64,000 nt of DNA from Octopus vulgaris (Eukaryota): NCBI GenBank assembly GCA_951406725.2, contig OX597829.1, positions 49,414,001 through 49,478,000 on the forward strand, read 5' to 3'. Of this stretch, positions 38,194 to 54,856 are shown piece by piece (position 1 is the stretch's first letter; every line of letters starts with the position of its first letter). The translations under genes and the position numbers were made by a program. The notes under the pieces were generated by a model. The model was not told where the DNA came from. It saw only the letters and a list, made by a program, of their open reading frames with translations, and did not search any database.

Positions 38194-39997
38194 ACCCATT
38201 GAGGCAAGTGAGGATCAGAATCGAAATCGATCAATGGAAATCGATCAATGGAAATTGCAGATGTGTTACCAGTGCCGGTGGCATGTAAGAGAACCTTCCG
38301 TTTCGCGACCGTTGCCAGCACCGCCCCGTTTCGTGTTCGTTGCCAGCCTCGCCTGGCCCTCGTGCCGGTGGCACATAAAAAACACCATCCGTTCGTGGCC
38401 GTTTGCCAGCTCTGGCTGGCACCAGTGCGGGTGGCACGTAAAAAGCACCCACTACACTCACGGAGTGGTTGGCGTTAGGAAGGGCATCCAGCCGTAGAAA
38501 CACTGCCAGATTTGACTGGGCCTGATGAAGCCTTCTGGCTTCACAGACCCCAGCAGAACTCCAACCCATGCTAGCATGGAAAACGGACGCTAAATGATGA
38601 TGATGATGATGATGATATATATAAAAATACACACACACTCATATTTAAAAAAATTTTCTACTTGTTTTAGTCATTTGATTGTGGTCATGCTGGAGCAGTG
38701 CTTTGAGGAATTTTTAGAAGAATGTATCGATCTCCAGTGCTTACTTTTTGAAAGCCTGGTACTTATTCTATAGCTCTCTTTTGACAAACTGCTAAGCTAC
38801 AGGGATGTAAACACACCAGCACCGTTTGCCAACTGGTGGAGGAGGGGAACAAACACTAACACACACACACATACACACACATATACAACAGTCTTCTTTT
38901 AGTTTCCATCTACCAAATCCATTCATAAGGCTTTGGTTGGCCTGAGACTATAGTGAAGGTACTTGCCCAAGATGTCACGCAGTGGGACTGAATCCAGAAC
39001 CATATGGTTGGGAAGCAAGCTTCTTACCGCCCATTCACATATGTTTATACTGACATAGCCAACTTAAGAAGTTCATGAAGCAAACCTGAGGCCTTGGGTT
39101 CAATACATCCATGTGAGATTGAAGGCAAGTATTTTTATGTTTTTTTTTTTCGGTAGCCTCATGTCAATCTAAGCCTTGAGAATGAAATATGGCGGACAAA
39201 AACTATGATGAAGCCTGTTGTTTACAACCCCTAAACCCGTAATTCAAAGATTTTGTCTTTTCACATATTGTCGACATTCTGACTCTGCATGAAGATTATA
39301 TTTGGAATAATGATTGCCTGTGGAATACTCAGCCACTTACTCTAGATCCGAATGAGCAGGGAGCAGGGAACTGATTCGGGACTTAATTCTCCATCAGTAC
39401 ATAAGTATTTCTAGCAATCTAGGTATTTCTATCACCCTAGTCACATTTAGTGACAGTTATAGTTTTCCTTTTTGGTAAAACATTGCACACTGCTGCCTAT
39501 ATTAATTTTACATATATCATCATCATCATCATCGTTTAGCGTCCGCTTTCCATGCTGGCATGGGTTGGACTGTGCAACTGGTGTCTGGGAAGCCAGAAGG
39601 CTGCACCAGGCCCAGTCTGATCTGGCAATGTTTCTACGGCTGGATGCCCTTCCTAACGCCAACCACTCCATGAGTGTAGTGGGTGCTTTTTACGTGCCAC
39701 CGGCACAGGTGCAAGACGGGGCTGGCAGACGGCCACGGTCGGATGGTGCTTTTTACGTGCCACCGGCACGGAAGCCAGTCAGGGTGGCACTGGTAACAGC
39801 CACGTTTGGATGGTTCTCTTATGTGCCACCAGCACTGATATCACAGCGACAATTTCCATTCATGTTGATCGATTTTGATTTTTGATTTTTTGATATATAG
39901 TGGCGGTTTATTTCTTTATATTAAAAATTTTTATGTATTGATTAAGTCTTTCCTTGTTTCTTTTGCAAAATAGTGGTTTTGTCTCGAATTAATATTA

Positions 39998-40382
39998 TCT
40001 CTCTCTATATAAACGGCAGTTTGTCTGTGCGTGTTTCTGTGTGTCTGTTTTCTCGTACCCTCACCCTGACCACGGCTTTCAACCGATTCTGATGAAACTT
40101 GACACACACATAGCCCAATGTCATAATTCAAAACTAACGCAGCGAAAATTTTGAAAAGTTCCCCCAGTTCTGAAAAAGATCGATAAATTCGACATGGGGT
40201 CGAGAACCTGAAACCCAAACCACAGACCGTCTAGGGGACGCAACTCCACCTTTTTTATCCCTCAAAAAAAATTTACCATCATTTTTTTTCCATTTTTTTG
40301 CTATTTTTTGGCTATAACTCTCTAAAAATGCTTTATAGTTATTTCCCTTACAAACCTGAGCAACGCCGGGCGATACTGCTAG
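39998..40382 (+). mobile_element. Non-autonomous Helitron
   Basis: Starts A|TC, ends CTAG|T, with a GC-rich hairpin (CCTGAGCAACGCCGGG) ~10 nt before the end; no TSD. Confidence 0.85.
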
Positions 40383-41450
40383 TATATATATATTTGCAGT
40401 TAGGTAGCTAGACATGTATGTATGTGTATTATATATGCGTGTCTATATGTAGCATAAATGCATGTATGCAAAGCATGGTTGTGTCTGGTTACAAAATTTG
40501 CTTTCAGCCCACTTGGATCTGGGTTCAACCACAGCATATGGCACCTTAGGCAGGTGTTTCTGTCTATAGTGCCCAATCTCCCTGATTGACCAAAGTCTTC
40601 TGAATAGATTTAATAGATAAAAACTAAAAAAAGCTTACTCTGTGTGTGTGTGTGTGTGTGTGTTTGTGTTTGTGTATCTATGCATGTGTGTGTGTGTGAG
40701 AGTTGGCAGTTCTTTGTCTTCACATCACATTCATAGTTGTTACAGAAATGTCTCTGACATACCAGAAATTACCTGTGGAAACGTGTCTAGCTACGGGAAA
40801 ATATTAATTTGAGAACAGGTGAGGGTTGGAAACAGGAAGGTAATCCGACTGTAGAAAATCTGTCTGACCCATGCAAGCATGGGAAAGCGGATGTTAAAAT
40901 CATGGCGATAATAATGATGATGTATACCTGTCCATATGTTTGTATATATATATGAATGCATGTATAAAGGTATGTAATATAATTTGTATACATATGGAAG
41001 GATTAATATATCTGTATTCTTACATGTGTGTGTTTATGGCAGAAACGTTAGCACGTCGGGCGAAATGCTTAGCGGTATTTCGGCTGCCGTTACATTGTGA
41101 GTTCAAATTCCGCCGAGGTCAACTTTCAACTTTGCCTTTCATCCTTTTGGGGTCGATAAATTAAGTACCAGTTACGCACTGTGGTCGATGTAATCGACTT
41201 AATACCTATGTCTGTCCATGTTTGTCCCTTTCTGGGTAATAAAGAAATAGATATACAACCACTCTATATATATATATATATATATATATATGTCTGTCTG
41301 ACTATCTATCAGACTGTATCTATCTACCTATCTGTATGTATGTATGTATGTATGTATGTATGTATGTATGCATGTTATGTATGTATGTATGTATGTATGT
41401 ATGTGTGTGTGTGTATATATACGTATGTATGTATGTACGTATGCATGTAT

Positions 41451-41488
<38 letters not shown>

Positions 41489-41651
41489 GTAACATATTTT
41501 CACTTCTGTTTAAACATACGTGTCTCTTTCTTTTGATGTATATAAGTTCTTACAAGGATTCAATCTGGTTGCAAAGAAAGCAGCCAGTCTGCTTTGTTTG
41601 AGTTAAAACAGCTCAAAGGGATCTGCAAATATGCGCATGTTAGTTAATAGG

Positions 41652-41697
<46 letters not shown>

Positions 41698-42149
41698 TGT
41701 GTATATGCATGTGTGTGTGTGTGTGTGTGTGTGTGAAAATACATGTGTGCATGACTATCTAGTACAAGTGATGTGTATGTATGTATGTATGTATTCCAAT
41801 TTAATGTTGTGCGTAAATGTTTAAATGGGTACGCATATGTTTATGAGAGGAGGGAATTAAATATTCGTGTATTGAGTATGTAAATGTGCCTTTGTATATG
41901 CGTATTTGTGTGTATACACACACACATACATATATACATACATACATATATACATACATATATACATACATATATATATATATACATACATATATATATA
42001 TACATACATATATATATATATACATACATATATATATACATACATATATATATACATACAAACATACATATATACATACATATATCTATATACATACATA
42101 TATATATATACATACATACATACATATATACATACATACATATATACAG

Positions 42150-42180
<31 letters not shown>

Positions 42181-42199
42181 TATATGTATGTATATATAC

Positions 42200-42258
<59 letters not shown>

Positions 42259-43672
42259 ATATACATATAATATATATATATATTATATATACATACATAC
42301 ATGTATGGATCATCCTCATTTTAACAAGCACTCTTCGGTGCTTGTATGGGTCAGGTGGAGTTTATTGAGGCAGATGCCTTTCCTGCTGCTAACCCTCACC
42401 TATTTCCACCCTAGGCAATATTTTCTCCATGACCAGACATGTTCTCACAGAACAGGGGAAATGAATGGCACTGTTTGTATGGCAGAGACAATCATTCTAC
42501 AACTATCATGTAATGTTGAGACAAGGAGACACACACATACACACATACATGTGCGCACATGTACACACAGACACAGACACACACACACATATCAGGCCAT
42601 AGAAAATCTGTCACATATAAACTGTGTCCGACCCATGCAAGCATGCAACAATTGGATGTTGAGTAATGATGATATTCATACACACACACATACATATATA
42701 TATATTTCTTTACTACCCACAAGGGGCTAAACACAGAGGGGACAAACAAGGACAGACAAAGGGATTAAGTCGATTAATTTATCGACCCCGAAAGGATGAA
42801 AGGCAAAGTCAACCTCGGCGGAATTTGAACTCCCGGCGTGCTAACGTTTCTGCCAACTCACCGCCTTTATCATACATATACATATATATAGATGTACACA
42901 CACTCACACACACATATATATAAATATAGTGAGCTTCTTTTAGTTTCTGTCCACCAATCCATTCACAAGATTTTTGTCATCTTGGGGCTGTTGTAGAAGA
43001 CCCTTGCTTGCGGTGCCATCACACAAAGGAAATGAACCTGAAACTATGTGGTAGGGAACCAAACTTCTCATATATATTAATGGCATCTGTTAATCTTGCC
43101 AAAATCCTGGAATTAAGACTGTAAAATCATTTTGCAGTATGATGATAGAGTAACATCTGTCATGATTCAAGTCCAGGGTAACCCAACCTTTTTTAATATC
43201 CAGGCCAAACTTGGAATTTTTTTTTTTTTCCCGGGAGACAGTATCAAATAAATTAACAAAACAAGTCAATTAAAGAAAAATGTATTTCAATTATAGAGGG
43301 AAGACCGTCAGGGGATGCCAGAAGACTGTTTGAGGGCCGCATGTGAACCTGGAAGCTGCACTTGAGAACTGCTCTTCTCAAGAAGACACTCATGCTTGAG
43401 TGACGAGTGCAGCTGCATCAACTCCATTTCAAGACACTGCTTGTCAGTTTTCACTTCGATACTCTACTCTCTTTTACTCTTTTACTTGTTTCAGTCATTT
43501 GACTGCGGCCATGCTGGAGCACCGCCTTTAGTCGAGCAACTCGACCCCGGGACTTATTCTTTTTTAAAGCCCAGTACTTATTCTATCGGTCTCTTTCTGC
43601 CGAACCACTAAGTGACGGGGACGTAAACACACCAGCATCAGTTGTCAAGCAATGCTAGGGGAACAAACACAG

Positions 43673-43703
<31 letters not shown>

Positions 43704-45623
43704 CTACAGGCTTCTTTCAGTTTCCGTCTACCAAATCTACTCACAAGGCTTCGGTCGGCCCGGGGCTATAGCAGAAGACACTTCCCCAAGATGCCACGCA
43801 GTGGGACTGAACCCGGAACCATGTGGTTGGTTAGCAAGCTACTTACCACACAGCCACTCCTGCGCCTATACTGTTTCTTTTTTTTTTTTTTTTTTTCTGA
43901 TGAGTTCACCTGTCTTCAACAACAAGCCATTTGCTGTCATTTCAGTGAGGCAATGCTGGAGTGTCCTCCACAGGTTTCGAGGCCATGCAAAATTGTTATG
44001 GAGGACAAGCAGCTGCCCATGCCATAAGCCTCTCTTCTGCTCAGCAGCAATGCTGCTGTGCAACGAATAAGAAACTACCACATATGGCTTGGGTGCAGTG
44101 TTGTCACAGGCCTGAATGAAGTTAAGGATAATGATGGATAGTCTTAGGGACCCCGGCTCTAAATTCATCCTCAAAGTGCTTCCTTTCTCTTAAATGGATT
44201 GACGAGGTCAGGAGTTGTAATTAATTAATAGAGGCTGCCTCAGATATGTGCCATAATGGATAAAGGCATCTTTTAGATAGCAGAAGCTTAACATGAGATT
44301 CCTTTGGCTTTACAATCTAAGAACACACACACACACACACTATATATATATAATAAAGGGTAAAATTAATTAATTAACTAGTAATTAATAATTCCATCAA
44401 GTAGAATTTGGCATGATAAAAGGACCATTTTTTGGTAAACTTAAACATCATCATCATCATCGTTTAACGCCTGTTTTTCACGCTAGCATGGGTTGGACGG
44501 TTCGACCAGGGTCTGGGAAGCCAGGGCCTGCTCCAGGCTCCAGTCTGATCTGGCAGAGTTTCTACGGCTGGATGCCCTTCCTAACGCCAACCACTCCATG
44601 AGTGTAGTGGGTGCTTTTTATGTGCCACCTGCACAGGTGCCAGGGGTGTCCGGCAATATTTTATAATTACGAATATAATTATACTTAGGGTTCAGCAAAG
44701 ATTTGCTTTACCACATACCGAACTTTAGAAATAGCAGCCAAAGAACCTTAGCTACTTCTTCTACTATAAAAAGTGACTCCCGGACAAAAATACTCGAAAT
44801 AACTCACACAATTAGTAGTATATATTAGTATATATATATATAAGGGTGACCATGGGATTGCACCTAAAAGTTCCCCTCCGAGGCACAAGCCTGGGTAAGG
44901 TTGTTTATGAAAGACCAGCTGTCACCCATGCATCCCACTGGTGTTATCCAAGGGAAAGGCAAAGACTGATATAATTTGGTACCAGTAATCTCACAACTCA
45001 TTCCTACAGCTGTGTGAACTGGAGCAACATGAAATAAAGTGTCTTGCTCAAGAACACAACATGCAGCCCAGTCCAGGAATCGAACTCACTACCTTTTGAT
45101 TGTGAGCTTGATGCTCTAACCACAGAGTCATATTCTGTACTGGTTCTTTCCTCTCGTACTTCACAGCCGTCTCTAATCTTCATCTCCTCTCCTATAGTAA
45201 GGTTTCTCCACTTGGGATTCTTCATCTCAGAAGCTGCATTTCAACCTGACCTGGTTGGAGCCATGAAGACAGCACCCAGTACCCACCATAGAATGGTTGG
45301 TATTAAGAAAGCCATTCATCTTTGGAAACCATGCTACAGTAGATACTGGAGTACAATGCAGTCCTTGGACCCAACGGATCCTGTCAAACTGTCTGGCCCA
45401 CAACAGTATGGTATATGGACATTAAATAAATATAACATAAATATTACATATATATATATATACACACACACATCACCATCATTTAGCATCCATTATGATG
45501 ATATTTCTCATCATATTTTCATATTTATTCAATGTTCGTATATATACATGTATGTATATATAAATATCTATATATAAATATACATGTATATATATATATA
45601 TAAATATATACATGTATGTATGT

Positions 45624-45779
45624 CAGGAGCAGACAGAGTATTAAGGGCTGTCAGGCATAACTATTTACCAGGCCCCTTTGAATGTGTGTTTTAGTAGAGC
45701 TAACATGTAGAGTGTGGACCCCTCAGAGCTCCAGGCCCTCAGGTAGTGTCCGATTGACCGATGGCTCAGTCCACCCCTG
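45624..45779. mobile_element. Degenerate hAT-like MITE
   Basis: Termini CAGGAGCAGAC / GTCCACCCCTG; flanks ATGTATGT / ATATATGC. Confidence 0.55.
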
Positions 45780-45799
45780 ATATATGCATATATACAGCA

Positions 45800-45842
<43 letters not shown>

Positions 45843-46183
45843 CAGTCACATCTACTTTATATCCATATGTATTAATGTATACGCAGTCACCCCCCCACAT
45901 GTATATATAAATGTATATAAAAATAAATATATATATATATATATATTCCCAAGAAAACACACTTCATTATTGTCAACCCATATACATCTCATCCAATCAG
46001 AGTTGAAATAACTATCAATCAAACAATGTGCAAAGCACTGAGGTACGTTAACTATCAAAGAGCAGACAAAGACATTTAAATATGTGTATGTGTGTGTATA
46101 TATACATGTATATAATTTAGATTGTGTGTGTCAGCATAGACCACGAATGTTGAATAATGATGACGATATATACATATACATAC

Positions 46184-46293
<110 letters not shown>

Positions 46294-46341
46294 GTATATA
46301 TATACATATATATATGTATATATATACATATATATATTTTT

Positions 46342-46693
<352 letters not shown>

Positions 46694-48495
46694 GTATGTG
46701 TGTGTGTATATGACACACACACACATATATATTTAAAGCCATTTATGTAAATATGTGTATACATGTGTTTGTGGACGCAGCATGTATGTACATTCAACAT
46801 ACATTTTTAAAGCATAGAATGTGTAATCCATTGTCTGTGCCGTTGAAGTTAAAGGAAGGTGTGCGTGTGAGTGTGTATAAGTGTATGTATGTAAGTAGGT
46901 AGGTGTGTGTGTATATCTGTATGCGTGTGAATCTGTGCGCATGTGTGTGTGTGTGAGTATGTGTGTTTGTGAATGTGTGTTTGTGTCATTCACCCATACG
47001 TCAAATTGTATATGATGAGGTAATGGCTTCGCTAAAATCGAAGGCCTATTTTTCCGTAGCATCAGGATTTCCCACTGCTTGGCTTGTCTCTTACATCACA
47101 TGTATTATTACACATAGCGCGTAAACATTCCGAAACAACCACACACACACATTCATGCATGCTGCACACACGCACGCACGCACGCAGTGAGTGGGTGTGT
47201 CGATATGGCGAAACAGAAAGTGAAAGTAGAATACGCATACATGTGTAACGCACGCACGCACACAAACACACGCTCGTACGTGCGCGCGGATGCATACATA
47301 AATACAGAGAATAATAGATCGAGATAGATAGAAACGAGAGAGAAAGAGAGAGTGGGGGGGAATTAGATGTGTGTCAGCGAGTGTGGCCGTACCATTATAC
47401 GGACTCACCAGTATGCGGACAGTAAACAATAGGGATTGCCCCAAACCACAAATTTGCTTCCATGGTGAATAAATTTCATTTTTATTGTTTGTATAGGAAT
47501 TCTTCACTAAATATATGAAATAAACTGATATCTTTACCTTCTTTCGAGACAATATATATATTTGAATTCAACACGTCCATATTTTTCAATTAAATGTTTT
47601 TTTCCGCATTGATGATTAAAAAATTAACTTCCTCAGCTAAAATTAAATTTTAATAGATTTTTTACCGACCACATATATTTTCTGTGTTTAGATCTATGAA
47701 ATAACATAACATAAATGGCTTATTATTCTTTCGCTTTTTTTCTTATTCAAATAAAAGCGGCTAAAAATGTGAGACTTATTATCAAAACCCACCATAATAA
47801 TCCTAACTGTTGAATCTTTATCCTTCTTCCTGATGACAGGCAAACACGTAGTTTACGAAGGATTGAAAAAATAAAAATAATAATAACGTTTATACTATAT
47901 CATTTCAACTTCATCGAAAATACGAATTTCTTTCCTTCTCTCTCTACCAAATTTCAAAGAATTTTAATATATCTAAAGTATCGTAAATTTAATACATCTC
48001 ACTCGTATTTCATAAATGAACGAATGAAACAATAACATAATTCGCGCACTTGTACATATTATTCTATTATAGAAATATTCACTGCCTTGGCAGGTAAATG
48101 TTTTTGTAAATGCCAGGTAAATAGCAACACGATACAGAATAAAACCCTCCTTTTCTCTCTCTCTCTCTCTATAAAATATATTGTTTAGCGATATGCCTAT
48201 ATTTGTCAAAAGCTTTCAATGCTAAACGATATTTGCTGCTATAACTGAGAGGTGATATATATAAATTGATGGATAAATATGTAAACGGACACGGGTGCTG
48301 TGACACTTTGCATGGCAGGTACATTAACAGCTCTCCAGATATGCCATTTCCACTTCCAGAGGTGACTATCAAACCATAATTTGGTAATGGTGACGGCGAT
48401 CAAATAACGAAAAATCCTTTTAAATTAAGATTTAAACAGCCTTACATGAAATATGCCCGTTTTAATGTTTCTTTCTCTCTCTCTCTCCATCAGGC

Positions 48496-48533
<38 letters not shown>

Positions 48534-48627
48534 GTGTGTGTGTGTACTTTTCAACACGCATTCATTTGTGTTTGCGCGCTCGACTCATAAACATATTCGT
48601 GACAACACATGCAGGCATATATATATA

Positions 48628-48665
<38 letters not shown>

Positions 48666-48712
48666 CACACATTTATATACTTGAAAATATATGCACGTAA
48701 ACACACACACAC

Positions 48713-48764
<52 letters not shown>

Positions 48765-49364
48765 GTCGATAGATGTTTGTGTGTAAAGAGTGCGTATGTA
48801 GCTATGTTCCTAATTCCTTATATGTATATGAATGAATGAATGGATGTTTTGTACGTAAATAAGAGTTTAAATAAATATTGTAAACATACCTATGTATATA
48901 TCTACATCGATATTATGTATTTTGAAAAATAATAATTCTAATTAAGCATATTTTCGAGCGTGTGTGTGTGTGTGTGTGTGTGTTTCTTTTTACTCAGAAA
49001 TTGTCTGCTCTGGTTAATAAGAAAAAGGAATACACGTATAGAGAAAGAAGTACACACGAAGACAGGCAAACATATGTATGTTATTTATACACTCACAATG
49101 TATATGAAGAATATACATATGTATATATATATATATATATGTACATATACAAAGGTACGAGCGAGACTGGGTAGCTAGGAGAGGGTTTTGTTGAATAAAT
49201 CAGATGGATGGATGGATGGATGGATGGATAAAAGATTGGCTGAAAGAAAAGCTCAATTAAACAATCAATATAATCAAAATACAAATTACGAGTATACTGT
49301 AGGCAGTAATTAGTGGTTCCATTCGACAAAATTAGTGATACATATATATGTACATACATAATAG

Positions 49365-49858
<494 letters not shown>

Positions 49859-49929
49859 CACACACATATACATGTAGGTATATATATATATGTGCATGTA
49901 TGTATAAAAAGAGGTGAGTTGTAACTTAC

Positions 49930-50115
49930 AGGTGATATATACGTAAATCCGCTTCTTTTGGCAAGTTCTTTTGCCACTGGTATGCCGCCTTCGCCATGGA
50001 GTTGGACGTACCAGGAGTTGGTGATTACCTCGTCGGATCCTATGGACTGGACCTCGGCAATTGGTTGACACAAGATGAACAACAGGAAGACGTGCATTAG
50101 CAAACCGGCAACCAT
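49930..50115 (-). CDS. PCSK2: First coding exon of a subtilisin/kexin-like proprotein convertase (signal peptide + N-terminal prodomain), most similar to neuroendocrine convertase PC2
   Basis: Reads MVAGLLMHVFLLFILCQPIAEVQSIGSDEVITNSWYVQLHGEGGIPVAKELAKRSGFTYISP: a hydrophobic signal peptide followed by the convertase prodomain pattern (V-x-TN-x-W-x-V-x-L...GG...A...AKRxGF). The ATG at 50115 has an AAAATGG context (in-frame upstream ATGs at 50130 and 50154). A phase-0 donor CCT|GTAAGT follows 49930, after which the ORF runs into GATA microsatellite. Family assignment is strong; PC2 versus furin/PC1 is from remembered motif similarity. Confidence 0.8.
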
Positions 50116-50698
50116 TTTCCCGTTTCTCATACAACTTGAACCAGAGAGAGACATAATAAATATTATTAGCAGCTTTTTTTGCTTTTTGCTTTTAAGTGCG
50201 GGCTTAATAACACTTTTTTCCTTTTCAAAAATTAATGTTGTTAATATTGGATATTAATAATAATAATCTATTGAGACTGTTGTTGTGCTTATAGGTTTCT
50301 GTTATATATTTTTGTTCGTTTTTTAGCGGTGTTTTTCTGTTTGGAAAAATTCTTGACTAGGGGGCAGAAGTCGAAAGACATAAAAAAAAAGATGTATGTT
50401 GAAATGTTCTTCTTCTTCTGTTTTTGTTTGTATTTTTTTTTTTTTTTTTGCTGCTGCTGCTTCTTAAAGAGATATTGTTTTAAAAAGGAAAAAAATGTTT
50501 TTTTTTGGGGGGATAATTTGTAATTCGGAAGAAGTTAAAAAGGAAAAGATATTTCGTGGAGAGAGAAAAACCGAATATACCAGCTGTTGTTTAAGCTACA
50601 TGTAGAAGATGTGTATATTTGTCAGAGCACATAACGCAACTAACTGTTCAATGAATGAGACCACACAAGAGAAAGAGAAAGAGGCTGTGTGTGTGTGT

Positions 50699-50735
<37 letters not shown>

Positions 50736-50906
50736 TGAGTGAGTGAGAGTGGGAGAGAGAGGAGAGGAGGAGAATGAATGAGCGAGTGTGAGTGAGAGGT
50801 AATGTCAATGAGAGATAAAGAGGAGGTAACAGCTACCAGAAGAGAAGAAAAATAAAATACGGGAAATATATATATGTATATAAGTATATTGGATATATAT
50901 AGATAC

Positions 50907-50971
<65 letters not shown>

Positions 50972-51091
50972 CCTAAATATTAATAAATATAAATCTACAT
51001 ATATATATATATGTATATACTCTTTTACTCTTTTACTTGTTTCAGTCATTTGACTGCGGCCATGCTGGAGCACCGCCTTTTAGTCGAACAA

Positions 51092-51150
<59 letters not shown>

Positions 51151-51436
51151 AATATTATTTTTGGCTTAATTTATTTGAAACCAATGAAGATGAAATAGTT
51201 TTCATAGACACACACATATTTTTTACAAACATGTTTAAAAGGGAATATTTTGCTTTTTTTTTGTTTCCAGCTAATAAAAAAAAAAAAAAATCGAGGTGTG
51301 TTTTTGGGAAACAGCAGGTAAAAAGACAGACATGAAAGAAAGAAAGAAAGAAAGAAAGAAAGAAAAAGAGAGGGAGAGAGAAAGAAAAGCAACACAATGT
51401 CTCCCAACTAAACAACGTGCATTTATTACTATCTTT

Positions 51437-51579
<143 letters not shown>

Positions 51580-51739
51580 ATGTGTGTATATGTATGCAAT
51601 GGGCTGGCACTCGGCACACTTGTCACGTACTTTGGTTGGTTGCTGTAAGGTCGAAGAAATGCTGTTATTTGGTTGGCTATCAAATAATAAATATCACCCT
51701 TTTAATTCTTGCTGTTGAAATCGAGGGACGGACAACTTT

Positions 51740-52946
51740 ATTCTTCGCCTTCTTCTTCGTTGTTGTTCTTCTCTACCTCCTTATCTTCTTTCTCCCTCAT
51801 TCTTCCTCGTTCTTCCTCATTCTTCCTCATTCTTTTTCTTCTTCTTCTTCTTCTCCTTCTTCTTCTTCTTCTTCTTCTTCTTCTTCTTCTTCTTCTCCCT
51901 CCTTCTTCTTCTTCTTCTTCTTCTTCTTCTTCTTCTTCTTCTTCTTCTTCTTCTTCTTCTTCTTCTTCTTCTTCTTCTTCGCCCACTTTTTTCTCAGCCT
52001 TCTTTTCTCTCTTTTCTTCTTTTTCTTTTCTTTCTTTCCTTTCTTTCTTCATCTTTTTCGTTTCCTTTCTCCTTCACCTTTCTCTTTCACCTTTCTCCTT
52101 CATCTTTCTCTTTTCTTCTTCATTCTGTTTCTTTTTTTTCTCCCTCATTCTTGTTTTCTTTCTCGTTTCCTTTACTTTTTCATCTTCATTCTTCGTTTTT
52201 CCATCCTCCTTCATACTTCTTCCTCATTCTTTTTTCTTTCTCTTTTCTCTTCTTTTACTTCTTCCTTTTTCCTTCATCATCCTTTCTCTTTCTCATTCTT
52301 CTTCCTCAATATCTTTCTTCTTTCTTCTCCATTCTTCTTTCCCGTTCTCTTTTTACTTCTCAATTTTCTTTCTTTTCCTTTTCTTCTTCTTCTCTTCCTC
52401 CTCCACCTCTTCTTCTTTCTTTTCTTCTTTTCGTAGTTCTTTGTCTTTTCTTCCCCCACCCTATACATTCACCCTCTTTTACTGTTCCTCGGTTGAGGAA
52501 TTCCTTATTTTTTAAAGATTTTCTATTTCTCCTTGATTTCTTCATTCATTAATCACTTACCATCAAAAAAGCACAGGTTTTAACACCACCAACACCACCG
52601 CCATCGCCGCCATAATCACCGTCGTCGTCGTCTTCTTCATCATCATCAACTTCATCATCATCATCATCATCGTCATCGTCATCGTCATCGTCGCCGTCGT
52701 CATCATCATCATCATCATCACCACCATCATCATCACTATCACCACCGCTATCACCACCGTTGTCGTCATCATCATGATCATCATCATCATCACCATCGTC
52801 ATCATCATCATGATCATCATCATCATCACCATCGTCATCATCATCATCATCGTCATCATCACTATCACCACCGCTATCACCATCGTCGCCGTCGTCATCA
52901 TCATCAACAACAACATCATCATCATCATCATCGTCATCGTCATCAA

Positions 52947-52977
<31 letters not shown>

Positions 52978-53110
52978 GTCATCGTCATCATCATCATCAT
53001 CATCATCATCGTCATCGTCATCATCATCATCATCATCATCGTCATCATCATCATCATCACCATCGTCATCATCATCATCATCATCATCATCGTCATCATC
53101 ATCATCATCG

Positions 53111-53151
<41 letters not shown>

Positions 53152-53272
53152 GTCATCATCATCACCATCGTCATCATCACCATCGTCATCATCATCATCA
53201 CCACCATCATCATCACTATCACCACCACTATCACCACCGTTGTCATCATCATCATCATCATCATCATCATCG
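51740..53272. repeat. (CTT)n/polypyrimidine tract (51740-52430) followed by (CAT/CGT/CAC)n tract (52600-53272)
   Basis: Direct reading; source of the poly-F/S/E/M/I pseudo-ORFs. Confidence 0.95.
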
Positions 53273-53710
53273 TGGTTGTTACATTAACTGAGTAACCGGA
53301 CTTTTTTTTTTTGTTTTTAATCTTCTTCTCTTGAATAAGTAATGTCTGTCTACGAGTGAGAATACCAATATTTCTCGACCATTTTTTTTTTTTTTTTTTT
53401 GGCATATGGGCCTCTTTGATTCCTATTTTATTGAACTGGACTCCCATTAAAATTCTATGTTTAAAAAAACAATCCTTTTATATATTATCATAATTATTAA
53501 ATATTATTAGGAATCGTATAAAAAACAAAAAAAAAAAAAATTGCTGCAATGTTTTGTGTATTGTAGAAAAAAAATTATGGTAGATAAATTTTGATAATAA
53601 AATCTTAATTGCCCCACTGCCAAGTTTCATATGGACCCCTACTCTTGAGAACCCCTTGTGTATACCACTAGCACACACACACACACACACAGATATACAT
53701 AAATACTTGT

Positions 53711-54570
<860 letters not shown>

Positions 54571-54622
54571 TGCACACACATACACACATACACACACATA
54601 CACACATACACACATGCACACA

Positions 54623-54664
<42 letters not shown>

Positions 54665-54732
54665 TACACACATAAACACAAACACGTACACACACACACA
54701 CACACGCGCACGCACACACACACACACACACG

Positions 54733-54778
<46 letters not shown>

Positions 54779-54792
54779 TACACACATAAACA

Positions 54793-54856
<64 letters not shown>

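Noticed and set aside
40085-40160. CTGATGA in the Helitron as a hammerhead core
   Set aside because: Immediately followed by AAC with no helix II, and no consistent helix I/III around the later GAAA.
43866-44310. 102-aa minus-strand ORF as a host exon or LINE piece
   Set aside because: No convertase similarity; only a vague LINE-like feel with no diagnostic motif.
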